From positions 1 to 64,000 of the forward strand of contig NW_015161511.1 of the NCBI RefSeq assembly GCF_001447785.1: a stretch of 64,000 bases of DNA, written 5' to 3'. Origin of the DNA: Gekko japonicus (lineage: Eukaryota). The position numbers were made by a program, and so were the translations under genes. The stretch's first letter is position 1; the number at the start of each line of letters is the position of its first letter. Below the pieces are notes generated by a model that was given only the letters and a program-made list of their open reading frames with translations, had not been told where the DNA came from and searched no databases. Shown piece after piece: positions 52,217 to 64,000 of this stretch.

Positions 52217-53659
52217 GTGAGTGACGGAAGGGCGAAGAAACAAAGGAAGGAGCCTATCCAGCTTCGTCCTTACAGTCCTGGCTAGGGGGCAGGGCGATGC
52301 ACCCAACGGAATCGGTTTCCTGAGGTGCTGCTGTCGGGTTGCGCGCTCGGATATTCCCGCATGGGATAAAGTTAAAGCCCCAGTCCCGACCCGACACGTA
52401 GGACCCTGTCAAGGGGGAAGCTAGGCTGAGCTACTCTCCTGGGCATGCTAGCTTTCTGCATGCAGGGTCGTTTTAAATACGGGTCAACGTTTAGACGTGG
52501 AATAGCGCCCCCTCCCGCAGCTTCGTTCCAGGAAAAAGTCTTGATCCTGCCAACTGACCCTGATTGCCTATGGCTGAAGGGCACTGAGTAGGGCTTGTCC
52601 TGGCGTCCTCTTGCTGTCTTCTAACTTTGAGAGATTCCTGTTGAGTGTATAGGTTCCGTTTACACAGCGTTGAGCGATTAAATCTTTCCTGGGTTATACC
52701 ACTTACGGCTTCTTTGTGGGGGCACTGTGCTGTCCCCCTCCCCTCTTCCTGCACATAGCAGTTCTTCCTGCGCTGCCTGAATCTCTTACCTTGCTGGTCC
52801 TCAGAAGAAACCGCTGGCTGGGGAAAGGATAATTATTTTCATCAAACTGCAGCTGCTAAGCCCCACACCCTCACATCAGAGGTCATCAGTAAGAAATGCT
52901 GCCTGGAGGGTGGTTTCCAAATGGTAACTCAAGGGGTGGTAAATTGAGGGAAGACAAACACTTCCTTTTGGTCTTCCTGTTAAAGCTTAAAAGATCACTG
53001 CTGCTGCACATAAAACTACCCTCAATTTTATCATCAAAATGTCTTTATCCGAACACCTTACATATCTTTAAACCTCTAATTTAGTGTATTTTAGTAATTG
53101 TGTATAAAATAAAAAAAATCCAGGTTTTTCATACACTTCAGGGCTGTTGCAGCTAAATGTTACTCTGCCTCATTTTGGATAATAACGGCCTTTTTTCCAG
53201 TTCTCTACAGAGATTTAAACTTGGACTTTAGGGTTCAAAACATCTAGCTTGAATGAAACAGCTGCCCAGTGATACTGAATCTTTTTGTACTTGTCCACTT
53301 AAAAGTAAATGTTGGTGGCAGTTCACAGTTGTGGGAGGGACTATATTTAGTCTTAAAATGCACAGGTGCCCACAAATGTGATCTAGAGCAAGCTGTGTGT
53401 TAGGTACAAAGCACAAAAGCAATGCACTCTTTTCCCAGAAGTCTAGACTATTGAAATTGAACATCTTGAGTGCTAGTTTCCATTTAGAGCCAATCCATTG
53501 TTTTACATTTAAGGAGACAGAGTTTGAACAATTAATCTGGAAATGTTTCCATGTCATACATTCTATAATTAATACTCTCTTCTACATTTTAAATTCTGCT
53601 TCAGCGTAACTGTTTTAAGATTGAGCATGTGATTAATAATGGAAATGTTTCCATTTTAG

Positions 53660-53754
53660 ATGCTTCTTTTTTGAACTTTCATGACTCAGACTGTGAGCTA
53701 CAAGGGTCTCCAGCTTGTGAATCCCTGCTCTCAATAAATACTGAAAAACTTTTG
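53660..53754 (+). CDS. TTC13: TTC13 exon 2
   Basis: Encodes (D)ASFLNFHDSDCELQGSPACESLLSINTEKLL; ttttag / gtatgt; 95 nt. Confidence 0.93.
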
Positions 53755-54370
53755 GTATGTTTACCTAAAACATCGTGACCAAGTCTTGAAACTATCCTTG
53801 CTGAGTAGGTTCTGATCTAATCTTGGTAGTGGCCTTATTAATATTTTACTTAACTTTCAAAATGTATTTAGTTCCATCCTTTGTGATATAAACTTTTGAA
53901 TTTGAAATGTGTGCATATATTTATTGTATTTTACCTAACGTTTGCATTAGGCCTAGCCTGAGTAAGTCCAACGATCAATTTTGGTTCTGGTGAGAGCAAG
54001 GATGCAAGGACATCTCAGTTTCAGAGTGCAAGCCACTAGTGAATGCTAGTGAATCAATACTGGGCTACTGGGCTGTCAGTATAGTAGCAATTTTGCTATG
54101 TTACTTAGGATATCATTTTGCCTGATGATGATGAAATTTGCCTGTCTTTCATGTCCAAATATTGATACAAATATAAGGAGGAAGTTGCATCTTTTATTTG
54201 ATTGATTGCAGTTCTTTAAAGACTGCATACATTGAGTTAGAAAAAGACATTTAGAACTGTGAATGTTGTTTAAACTCTATCAAGTGAGTTGGCATGCCAT
54301 AGTCTCAGTCAGGGACTGCGAAAACCTGGTTTAAATCCTTGTTCTGCTCTGATATTCGCTGGGTGCCCAT

Positions 54371-54576
54371 CTATGCTCCCTCTAAGCTGTGGAGTCTCGT
54401 GAGCAAAAATTCTACTTTGTGAGCTACTGGCATTAAAGATGTGAGCAAGCGATTCGACTACTGCATAAATTAGTTTGCTCTGGAGCCATCCTCCCTGAGC
54501 TAAGACAAAAATGTGTGAGCCAGAGGCTAAAAAAGTGTGAGCTAGCTCACACTAACTCAGCTTAGAGGGAACACTG
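54371..54576 (+). mobile_element. hAT MITE family A, copy 6 (inserted in an old CORE SINE)
   Basis: Both TIRs present; perfect TSD GTGCCCAT. Confidence 0.92.
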
Positions 54577-54796
54577 GTGCCCATAGGTTAGTCACTAACA
54601 GCCTAAACTACCTCATAGGGCTGTTCTGAGAATAAATTGGAGAATGTGTGCCACCCTGAGCCAAAGAGTAGGATAAAAATGTGTGTCATAATGATACTAA
54701 TGACTGCTGTTTTTTTTCAATAAAATGCTGCCTTACTTTTAATCCAAATACTTTTACCAGCACTAATGGGGGGGGGGTATTTTTGTGTGTGCGCGT

Positions 54797-54990
54797 GCCC
54801 ATGTCTGGAAGTCATGGTGACATCTGGCAACTCCTACTGGGGCACAGAGGAGGTTCAGAGAAGTGGCTTGATAGCCTGCTTCTGGCCTTCTGGCCCTGGT
54901 GTTTTCTGGTGGTCTCTCATCCAAATCCTTGCCAGGGTCAGTTCCAAAATATGACAAGATCGGGCTCGCCTTGGCTATCCAGGTCAGGGC
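54797..54990 (-). mobile_element. 5S rRNA-derived SINE, decayed
   Basis: ggtggtctctcatccaaat..ttgccagggtc...gacaagatcgggct is the reverse complement of the 5S body. Confidence 0.6.
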
Positions 54991-55439
54991 ACCAGTACTA
55001 AATTTTTGATAGAATTTTGAACATTTGTCAGTGAAATCCTAGACAGAGTTATTTGTTTCAAAGCCCATTTGACTTCAGTGGACTTAGAGGGGCATAACTC
55101 TGAGGAAGTACCGTGAATCTCAGTGGTCTGGGTTTTATGAGTCTGTCTCACTAGCAGACGACTCTTCTTCTGGTACAATGATTCTTCCTCTGGCGCAAGC
55201 GAAAAAGGTGTGTTCTGTCAGAGGAAGACTAATATTAATGGAATGTATTCAGTAGGAGAATTATGCTGCAATACTAAACAGAGCCCACTGATGCCAGTGG
55301 GTTTAAAAAGGTGTAACTCTGTTTGGGATTACAGTGTTAAATTTTCATCTCTCCTGAAGTCACTGAAATAAATTTTGGCTAGATCATACACTTATTGTTA
55401 TTTTGGATTTATCAAGTTAACTCCTTAAATGTTTTACAG

Positions 55440-55515
55440 AATCAAGCAAAATTGCTTGCTGAACAAAAAAGAGTTCCCTTTGCCACGAATGATGACAGTA
55501 TAAATGAAGAGTTAG
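55440..55515 (+). CDS. TTC13: TTC13 exon 3
   Basis: Encodes NQAKLLAEQKRVPFATNDDSINEEL; tacag / gtaag; 76 nt. Confidence 0.94.
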
Positions 55516-55907
55516 GTAAGATACACTACATGTCATCAGTGCCTTTAAGTAGATTACAGTGCCCAAGAAGCACTGCAAGTTCTTCTAAATTGGGTGTATT
55601 ATGACTTATTAATAAGTGACTTTTAATTACTGCAACAACTGCCTTCAGAACAGAGTTAGATTGCGGGATCTTGACATTTAGAAATTATTCCTTTTGTTGC
55701 TTCTGTACTTTTAGCTTTCCATCTTTATTGTATATATACATATATAGATATAGTGTCACATCATTACTCAGAAATCTGTTAGGGTGGATTCCTATCTGCC
55801 ACTTCAGATGTTTTAACAAAAAATAGAAACATTTACCCACTTGGTGAAAAACAAACTGAAACCTGCACAGGTGAATCTACCTGTATTTCTAGTCTCCCTC
55901 CCCCCAG

Positions 55908-56008
55908 CAATGTTCCCTCTAAGCTGTGGAGTCCTGTGAGCAAAAATACTACTTTGTGAGCTACCGGCATCAAAGTTGTGAGCAAGTGATTTGGCGGCTG
56001 CATAGATT
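55908..56008 (+). mobile_element. hAT MITE family A, copy 7 (truncated)
   Basis: caatgttccctctaagctgtggagtc...; right end absent. Confidence 0.8.
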
Positions 56009-56636
56009 ATTCATTACACCTCATTGAAGGGTGTACTCCTGATTCATTTCTCCAGGACAGTGACATTGCTTTTTCCACATTATCCCCCTGAGCAGTTTCC
56101 TTTTCACAAACTTTAGGTTACTGCACGTGTACTGATTTCAGCAGTACATTTTAAAAACTTCTGCTTTAAGATGGATGTAAATAGATTGTAGGAGTGGTTA
56201 TATTTGTGCATGTTTAGAAATGGCTTCTAGAATTTTGCAGGATAAACACATCATCTCTAGAACTATGCTGGTGTGTTTCGCTTCCTGTATGGCTCTCAGA
56301 TTCCTTCAAAGGCATGGGTTTGTGTTGAGGCTGTCTTAGCATTAGGGTAACTTACCCTGGGGAAGCTGGAGGAGGCTTGCTAATATATCCCATCAAGGGA
56401 TCAAGCACCACACATATTTCATATTTCATTATTAGATTCTGGAAGAACAGGTTGTGACAGTGCCAAAATTTATTACACCCATAATCTTTTGCAACTGAGC
56501 TATATGTGAAGAGTTTAAAGGAGGAAATAGCAAATAGAAGTTTTCCTCCATGTTGGTTAGAGTACCATAGTACTAAATTCTGGCTGTCTAGTAACCTCTA
56601 GTTCTCTTTGAGGGGAGGGCACTCTATGCCATAGTC

Positions 56637-57120
56637 CAGGGGTGGCCAAACTTGCTCAGTGTAAGAGGCACACAGAATAAACATCAGGTGTCTGAGAGCT
56701 GCAGGATGTGAACAAATATTACATACATTTTTATTAAAAATAAGCACATTTGCTTTTGATTAACATTAAATGAGACTGTCAAAAATAAAAACAAAAGGGG
56801 TAAAAGCAGATATATTTAGTTTTCCAATGATACTTGTTTGCTAATGATATTNNNNNNNNNNNNNNNNNNNNNNNNNNNNNNNNNNNNNNNNNNNNNNNNN
56901 NNNNNNNNNNNNNNNNNNNNNNNNNNNNNNNNNNNNNNNNNNNNNNNNNNNNNNNNNNNNNNNNNNNNNNNNNNNNNNNNNNNNNNNNNNNNNNNNNNNN
57001 NNNNNNNNNNNNNNGAGAAAGCCTGGCTCCTCTTTGCTTCCCCAGCTGCCCTGCCGGGAGCCACATAATATGTGTGAAAGAGCCACATGTGGCTCCCTAG
57101 CCACAGTTTGGCCACCCCTG
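56637..57120 (+). mobile_element. hAT family B element spanning the assembly gap
   Basis: TIRs CAGGGGTGGCCAAACT / AGTTTGGCCACCCCTG; perfect TSD CCATAGTC. Confidence 0.92.
56852..57014. other. Assembly gap (N run)
   Basis: Run of n characters. Confidence 1.
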
Positions 57121-57649
57121 CCATAGTCTGTACTGCAAGTTTAATTTTTAATTTAAAACCAGTATTGCTTGCTTTCTGGCTAAATTGACAAAGACCCTTG
57201 TGGCAGCTTAGATTAACAAATTGAGTCTGAGGAGATAAGGTGGAACAGAAATATTATAATTAGATAAATGTATTTTACCATGTTTCTGTAGGTCAGAGCC
57301 CTCTAGATAGGTATTTTGTCTCATGAGCAGAAAATGGAATGTGTGCTGTAGAACAGTAGTCAGTACTGGACTAGAAACTGGGAGACCCAGAATAAAATCT
57401 CCATTCTATGTATAAACTCTATGGGTAACATTGGGCTGATCATTCTCTCTCAGCTTCACCTACTTCAGAGGGTTGTTGTGAGAATAAAATGGGCCATGAA
57501 AAACCATGAATGCTACTCCAAGGCCTCTGGAAAGCAGACTTTAAAAGGTTACTGCTTTCAGCTCTTCAAAGCGAGTTCAGCAACTCTTCATATGATTGGC
57601 AAATGTGGAATTCATGGAAGCTTGAAATTCATTAATGTTGTTTTGGCAG

Positions 57650-57720
57650 CGGTTGCTTATGTATTGATTGGTAGTGGCCTCTATGATGAAGCTATACGTC
57701 ACTTCTCAACAATGCTTCAG
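57650..57720 (+). CDS. TTC13: TTC13 exon 4
   Basis: Encodes (A)VAYVLIGSGLYDEAIRHFSTMLQ; ggcag / gtaact; 71 nt. Confidence 0.95.
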
Positions 57721-58676
57721 GTAACTTTATACTCCTTTTTATATAAACTTCCATATTGGAATTTCCCAGTGTAGGGTACCTTTCTTCCTGGGGAACAAAA
57801 ACAGAAGGGAAAAGCTGCTTCATAATCATCCATGACATGAAACAAAAGTTTAAAGGGTATGGCTGGTAGACAGATTTCACATGTATAAAAGAGAGGCAGG
57901 AGTCCACGGCAGATGTCACTGGAAGTATTTCTGCATCCTGAGCCTAAGAAGTTGTGTGGTAGAAGGAGAGAGAGTCACATGTGGTCAGAGTCTCTGGAAT
58001 CAAGGGTGGGGAGAGCAGGTCATGGAATTTTGTCAATTCTTCTTAGACTTATGGCTGGGCTGCTGGTGGGGGGGGGAGTTGAGGAAGGATGTGTGCAACA
58101 TCATGTCTGGGTTGGTCATGAAAGGGACTAAGAGGTACCTAAGTTTGAAAACTTTCCCTATAGCTGAACACTGGATACTTCTCATCCTACATAGTAGAGA
58201 CTGCTGTGTGTTAATGATTTAGAATATATTTTTGCATATGTGAATATCCTAGATGAAGTATGCAGACACAGCACAACAAACCATGGTCTGAAACGAGCAA
58301 TAACTTTCACGGTAGTAAATACAAGGGCGTAGCTCCAGTGGCGCACAAAACTGCTCATGGATCTTTCTTGCCCCCACCAACCCCCTGAGACCTCTGAAAA
58401 GCTGATGCTGGAGGTGGCAGGGTCCATATGTGCATCCCGTTATGAAGCCCAGGGAGCTGCAGAAAGATGGAGGCGATTTCAACTGTTTCTCCCATCTTGC
58501 TGTTCCCACACCAAATCCCCCCCAAGTGGTTTTTAAATGTGTGTCAAAGTTGAAGATATGCATTCCCCTCCCTAGATCTTGGCTTGTGTTGGGAATGAAG
58601 GCATTCTAGAACGTAGCATTTGCTATTAATGGCCTGTGTGCACTGGAACCTTCTAATTGTATTGTGCTCTGAACAG

Positions 58677-58742
58677 GAACAGCCGGAGCTCATTAGTGCA
58701 ATTTATGGAAGGGGGATAGCATACGGAAAGAAAGGATTGCAT
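58677..58742 (+). CDS. TTC13: TTC13 exon 5
   Basis: Encodes EQPELISAIYGRGIAYGKKGLH; aacag / gtgagt; 66 nt. Confidence 0.95.
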
Positions 58743-59661
58743 GTGAGTATTTTATATTTTTGAAACAATTCACCACAGTAGTTATACTGATAGTCCGAGC
58801 TGCTCTTTACGGAGTACACATTGGGTGTACTAAATATTGACGCAGTAATAAAACTACACATTAGCATAATGCGTGCATTAGTAGATTAAATATGTAGCAA
58901 GAACTGGAACACTTAGCCTTTTTGTTTGGGTGCATCACATAAATGGCTGAGACTGGTATTGAAATTAAGATAGGTAGCTCAGTGTAGATGGGAAATAATT
59001 GTTTGGAACCCTAAACTGACAACGCCACTGTTTATCTGTTTGCGGTGATTTAAGCATTCAAGGAAGAAATAATGACCTTAGTGAGGGACTGGGGCTACTG
59101 TTTCATAACTCCACCTCTCAGCAATCACATTGCTTTGGTCAGTGTTACGGCAAGTTATCTGAATTATAGCTGTGAATATTAAACAGAAGATAATGCAGCA
59201 CGTTTTATTCTAAAGCCATATATTAGTAAAAATGAACACGGTTGCTGATTAATTCAGCTCTTCTTGTACTTCATTGCTATGACTTCTGGAGTAGGTAATT
59301 TTAAATACTTGAGTAGTCTTGTGGATTAACAGGTATTCCCAACTGGAGTTTATAGAGCTGAATTGGCATAGTGTTGTGAATTAAGAATACCTGTAAATAC
59401 ATGGGGCTGGATCTAAAGTAATGTGAGTGGCACTCCACTAATGGATTAGGTCTTTCCTGCTTCCTCTGTCTACTGCAGCCCCTTGCGCCACCAAAAAAGA
59501 ACCTGTTCTTGAAGGTCAGAGGACCATTGGGAATAATACGATGCAATTCAGGAGGCAGCATGTTGAATCCAAAATCTGTGGAATGAAGGTGCCTTCCATT
59601 TGCATAAGGGCTCCTTTCAATCCAGCCCATGGTAACGATATACCTTATTTGAATAAACTAG

Positions 59662-60107
59662 ATAGTATTCCCAGTAGTCATGTATGGCTGAGAGAGTTGG
59701 ACTATAAGGAAGACCGAGCGCCGAAGAATAGATTCTTTTGAACTGTGGTGCTGGAGAAGACTCTTGAGAGTCCCTTGGACTGCAAGAAGATCAAATCAGT
59801 CAATCCTAAAAGAAATCAACCCTGACTGTTCCCTGGAAGGCCAGATAATGAAACTGAAGCTCAAATACTTTGGCCATCAAATGAGAAGGGAGCACTCACT
59901 GGAGAAGACCCTGATGCTGGGAAAGATTGAAGGTCAAAGAAGACGGGGACGGCAAAGGATGAGATGGTTAGACAGTGTCATAGATGCGACGAACATGAAA
60001 TTGAGCCAACTTCAGAGGACGGCGGAAGACAGGAAGGCCTGGCAGGAGATGATCCATGGGGTCGCAAAGAGTCGGACTCGACTGTGCGACTGAACAACAA
60101 CAACAAA
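59662..60107 (+). mobile_element. BovB LINE 3' fragment
   Basis: Encodes VFPVVMYG*ESWTIRK...FELWCWRRLLRVPWTARRSNQ...; ends GACTGAACAACAACAAC. Confidence 0.95.
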
Positions 60108-61406
60108 AATGCCTGGGCAATTGCACAAGGCTTTTCTGAGCTCCATGTATACATAGCTTCACCATACAGAGATATGATATAGAATTTGGCATATTGTGAC
60201 TCTTGTTCTTCTTCTTAAAGATCCTTGACAAAAACTGGGAAACATGTGAGCTGTTTTGATTGAATTATGGGCAATCCGGACATGGATTCAATCTCATTAG
60301 GAAGGAAAACTAACGTTCTGGATCAGTGCTCTTTAGTTTCAAATTTTCTTTATTATATAAAAAAAATGTGTTGTACCTTAAAGCCTTTAAACTAGCAGGA
60401 TGGCATCTCTGCCAGTGGAAAGTTGGAGATTTTTTACTGAGCACCCCTTTGCACTCCAGGGCCCCAGTGCTGTTCCGGGGTGGGGGGGAGTCATTTGAGC
60501 CGTGGAGGTATCATTTTGGAGGGACACCAGTGGTTTATTGGGAGCACAATCTGGCACATGAATTTAGTTTGACATGTTAAATATGGTAAAGTATTTACAG
60601 CTGCAAAAGTGTCTAGAGATTGTTAGACTGCTAAAATGTAATCGTTTCTCCCCTTCAAGCTATATCAGATTCAAATATGTGTACAGCTTGTGAACATAGA
60701 TATACTGAGTCAGTCAATTCACAGTGTTCATATTTCCCAGTCTTTGTCTTAGTGTTAGTTCAAAGCCATCAGTGTATTAAAATGCAGACTGCATAAAGAA
60801 AGAGTTAGCAGGCAAGGGGGAGGATAGTTGGCCAGTCTCTTAAGAATGTTTTCATAGCTGACTGACAGGCTGGTATGATAGGAGTCTGAAGGGAAATGGA
60901 AAATGCTGTTGGTATACGGTATACATCTCAGATTTGTATGAGAATGATGCTCTTTGCATTCCTGAGTAATACCTTACAGTCAAAGTAAGAACACTATTGC
61001 TAGGAAAAAACCAAGCATATTTCAATATCTCTGTTTCACAAATTTCTTCTTGTCAGTAAAAAAAAATATCTCCGTATCGAGACTGTTTTCTGGAATTTTG
61101 TTAGACACTGCATAATAAGAGAAATGCTCAGTCAACTATGTTCTTGCATCTAGTTGATGCTAAAGGCTTAAGCAGATGCTAGCTGGAACTGCGTGTCTCT
61201 TTGCCCCTCTTCCTCGTAACATCTACATCAACACAATGCACTGTGTCCGGTGGCTGCTGATCAATGATGTGAGGCAACATAGAACAGTACACAGCATGTC
61301 ATGTCACAGATAATGCATATGATATTATGAGGAAGATGAGAAAAGAGGCATGGAGCAACATTAGCTTTGTACCTCTGGTATAATTTGTGAGTGGTGTGTG
61401 TTGATC

Positions 61407-61600
61407 ACATGAAGCTACCTTATACTGAATTGGACCCTTGGTCTGTTGGTCTCAGTGCGGTCTACCCAGACTGGCAACAGCTTTCTATGGTTTCAGGTTG
61501 CAGTCTTTCCTGTCTCCTACTCTTAGATCCTTTTAACTGGAGGTGGTGGGGATTGAGCTTAGCACCTTCTGCATACAAAGCAGATTCTCTGCAACTGACT
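61407..61600 (-). mobile_element. Squam2-like SINE
   Basis: catgaagctaccttatactgaa...gactggcaacagct...gatccttttaactggag...ccttctgcat. Confidence 0.65.
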
Positions 61601-62681
61601 CTCATGTAACCTGGACAAATAAATTCAACATTACACCTCTGTTTATGTAGTTTGTTGGCTAGGAATCAGCTTTATGCGGCACCTGGCTAGACTCAATACA
61701 TGCCTGTTGTGCTGCAGACAAAGATAGTCATAGCCTTCACGCAGCTTATAATGCTGATAATATTTATAGAGCCATGACAGCACTGAATTTTGAAATCAAC
61801 ACAAGTGTCAGATGAAGGAACCACACTGGAGTACTCAGATCTCCAAATATTAAGGATGAATGTTGGAAAAGGAATTAATTTGCTTTTCCCATATTTATGC
61901 AAACAGTTTGTTTTGCTAATATTTGTGATATAAAGCAGTTCATTCTCTTTGGACACTTCATAATATTATGTAAATGATTGGTTTGAAGTACTTTGTATAC
62001 TGTACAATCTGAAATGGTTGGCCTAACAATATAAATATTTATCGGCTTGGTTCAGACTTAAAAGCAGGGCTTTTCGTGTGCCAGTATGCACTAGCATGGC
62101 AAACCAGTGCCTCTTTCTGGTGGGCCTCTTTGCAAAAGAAGCTGGTGGAAAAGGCAGCAGGTGAGACAACAGAGAAAGAAGGTGGTAGGGCAGATGATAT
62201 ACTCTGTCACACACAATGATGTTGTCATCAGCAAGTGCGATGTAATACATTAGCATTCCTGTCACCTTCCCAGCAGGCCTCCATAGTGAGTATTGGCATT
62301 TTTTTTTAACAAAAACACTGCTTAAAACAAAACAATCGTTTATTTTAACTATGGTTTGTTTGTGAAAACAAGATTCAGCTCACAGGCATCTGTCAAATCC
62401 TGGTTTGCCGTCACAAACGCTACTTTAATTGTAGCCTGGGAGGGCATTGCCAGAGAACAAGCCAGGATTAAAACAGGGTTAACCCTAATTGTCTAAATTC
62501 AGAGATCATGCAAAGCCATTGTTAAGACTAACTGTGGTTAATAAACCAACTTTGCATCCTGGCTTTATGAACCTTAATCATATTTAGTGGAGTGACTTGC
62601 ATTCAGACAATCTTACTATAGTTTGCTGTAAGGATTGAAATGCGCTTAAATTTATTGCTGCTTATATTTTCCATTTTTAAG

Positions 62682-62774
62682 GATGTAAAAAATGCAGAGC
62701 GTGCTTTGTTTGAGCTGAGCAGAGTAATTAGCCTGGCACCAGATCACCCAGAAGTATTTGAACAGCGAGCAGAG
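62682..62774 (+). CDS. TTC13: TTC13 exon 6 (TPR region)
   Basis: Encodes DVKNAERALFELSRVISLAPDHPEVFEQRAE; tttaag / gtaact; 93 nt. Confidence 0.95.
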
Positions 62775-63585
62775 GTAACTGTGTTCTTTTTCTTTTAAAA
62801 GGATTCTGGATTTCAGTACCTTAGACGGTTCTTTTTCCCTCTTGCTAGAGTTCTTCTAAATACTTGTCAAAACAATAGGCCTCCATTTTTTAAAAGGCTG
62901 CATAATTGAAAGAAGGAACATATACTTGGCAATATTTGTAAAAAACTTGATATGATGTACACAGATATATAGCCATTGATAGATTAAAGAATAATATTTT
63001 GAATTCCTGAATCCTGTTTAATTAGGAGTATTGTGTAATTGAAGGTATAATATAAACTTGTTAAGGGTCCCATCTTCCAAAGTGTGAGCCTGTATGTGTG
63101 TGATGTTTTATTTAAGGTTATAACTTTTATAAATTCTGCAGATGGGTTGCCAACTCTTTGACAAGAAAGAAATATACTGTTTCAATATAGTCCCAAACAT
63201 AGCTTTATTTTGTGTGTTTACTTCAGCTGTAACCTGCCTTTTGGTTCAAAAAACTTCCAGGGCAGTTTGCAAACTAAATTTAGTTAGACCACATGTTGAA
63301 GTACACTAAACATTCCCACAAAGTCCTAAAATCAACACTAAATATAATCTGATACCTGGCATTCACATTCCTCCACTGGCTTATGTAATGAATATGGGAG
63401 CATGCGCCCAATGAATTTTAGCATACAATTTCTTCTCTACACAACAATGCCCTTGTTCAGTGTAAATATTGCACACAAATTCTCAGTTTGCTTATTAGTA
63501 TTTCGTATTGAAAATTAAAAATGTTGAGAAATAAAGGATTACTTGTGTGTTCTTGCTAGGCTAAAGTGTTCCCTTGGATTTACAG

Positions 63586-63702
63586 ATACTGTCACCTTTG
63601 GGTCAAATTAGTGAAGCACTGGCTGATCTCACTAAAGCTATTCAACTAAAACCTTCAGCACGACTCTACCGGCATAGAGGTACTCTTTACTTCATGTCTG
63701 AG
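63586..63702 (+). CDS. TTC13: TTC13 exon 7 (TPR region); gene continues beyond the window
   Basis: Encodes ILSPLGQISEALADLTKAIQLKPSARLYRHRGTLYFMSE; tacag / gttagt; 117 nt. Confidence 0.95.
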
Positions 63703-63769
63703 GTTAGTTGTTAACTAGACAATGGGAGTTCCTTGATAGGTGTTTATTCTCAAAGACAACCTCTGAAAG

Positions 63770-63823
63770 TGAACTGGAAGCTAAGCTTCATGCTAATGAA
63801 CTGGAAGCTAAGCTTCATGCTAA
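63770..63823. repeat. 27-bp perfect tandem duplication
   Basis: tgaactggaagctaagcttcatgctaa x2. Confidence 0.95.
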
Positions 63824-64000
63824 TATCTTTTGGGGCTTGCAAGGCATCACTTCTTTTGAAATTCCCCATCTCCTGCACTGAGGCTAACTCACAAAAAGTT
63901 GCTGGGAGGCTGCCTGAGAAATGAGTTGGTTATCTTTGGGAGAATATTAGCTGCTAAATGTTTATAAAGTAAGGGTGTGAAGAAGTAGTGCATGTTATAT

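Overview
Eukaryotic (vertebrate) genomic DNA, almost certainly a squamate reptile and probably a gecko, judged by its repeats (Squam3-, Squam2-, Sauria- and 5S-derived SINEs, BovB, Vingi-like LINE, DIRS, Penelope). It carries the conserved amniote block FAM89A (+, 2 exons) >< ARV1 (-, 5 coding exons, 705 nt, 234 aa) <> TTC13 (+, first 7 exons; gene runs off the right edge). All exon boundaries were read from the sequence and have GT-AG junctions with consistent phases. ARV1 and TTC13 share a 295-bp bidirectional CpG promoter with ZNF143/THAP11, YY1, ETS, E2F, NRF1 and GC-box motifs. The rest is mostly transposon-derived: hAT and PIF/Harbinger MITEs with visible TIRs and TSDs, LINE 3' ends, and a decayed DIRS tyrosine-recombinase element caught in a 1674-bp tandem duplication in ARV1 intron 1. 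I found no CRISPR array, no intact RNA gene and no convincing undescribed biological system. The best leads are the odd start and stop of FAM89A, the mosaic DIRS duplication, two CpG-rich Harbinger MITEs bracketing the FAM89A promoter, and a hairpin-unit minisatellite. Family names and mammalian protein comparisons come from recall, not database searches.
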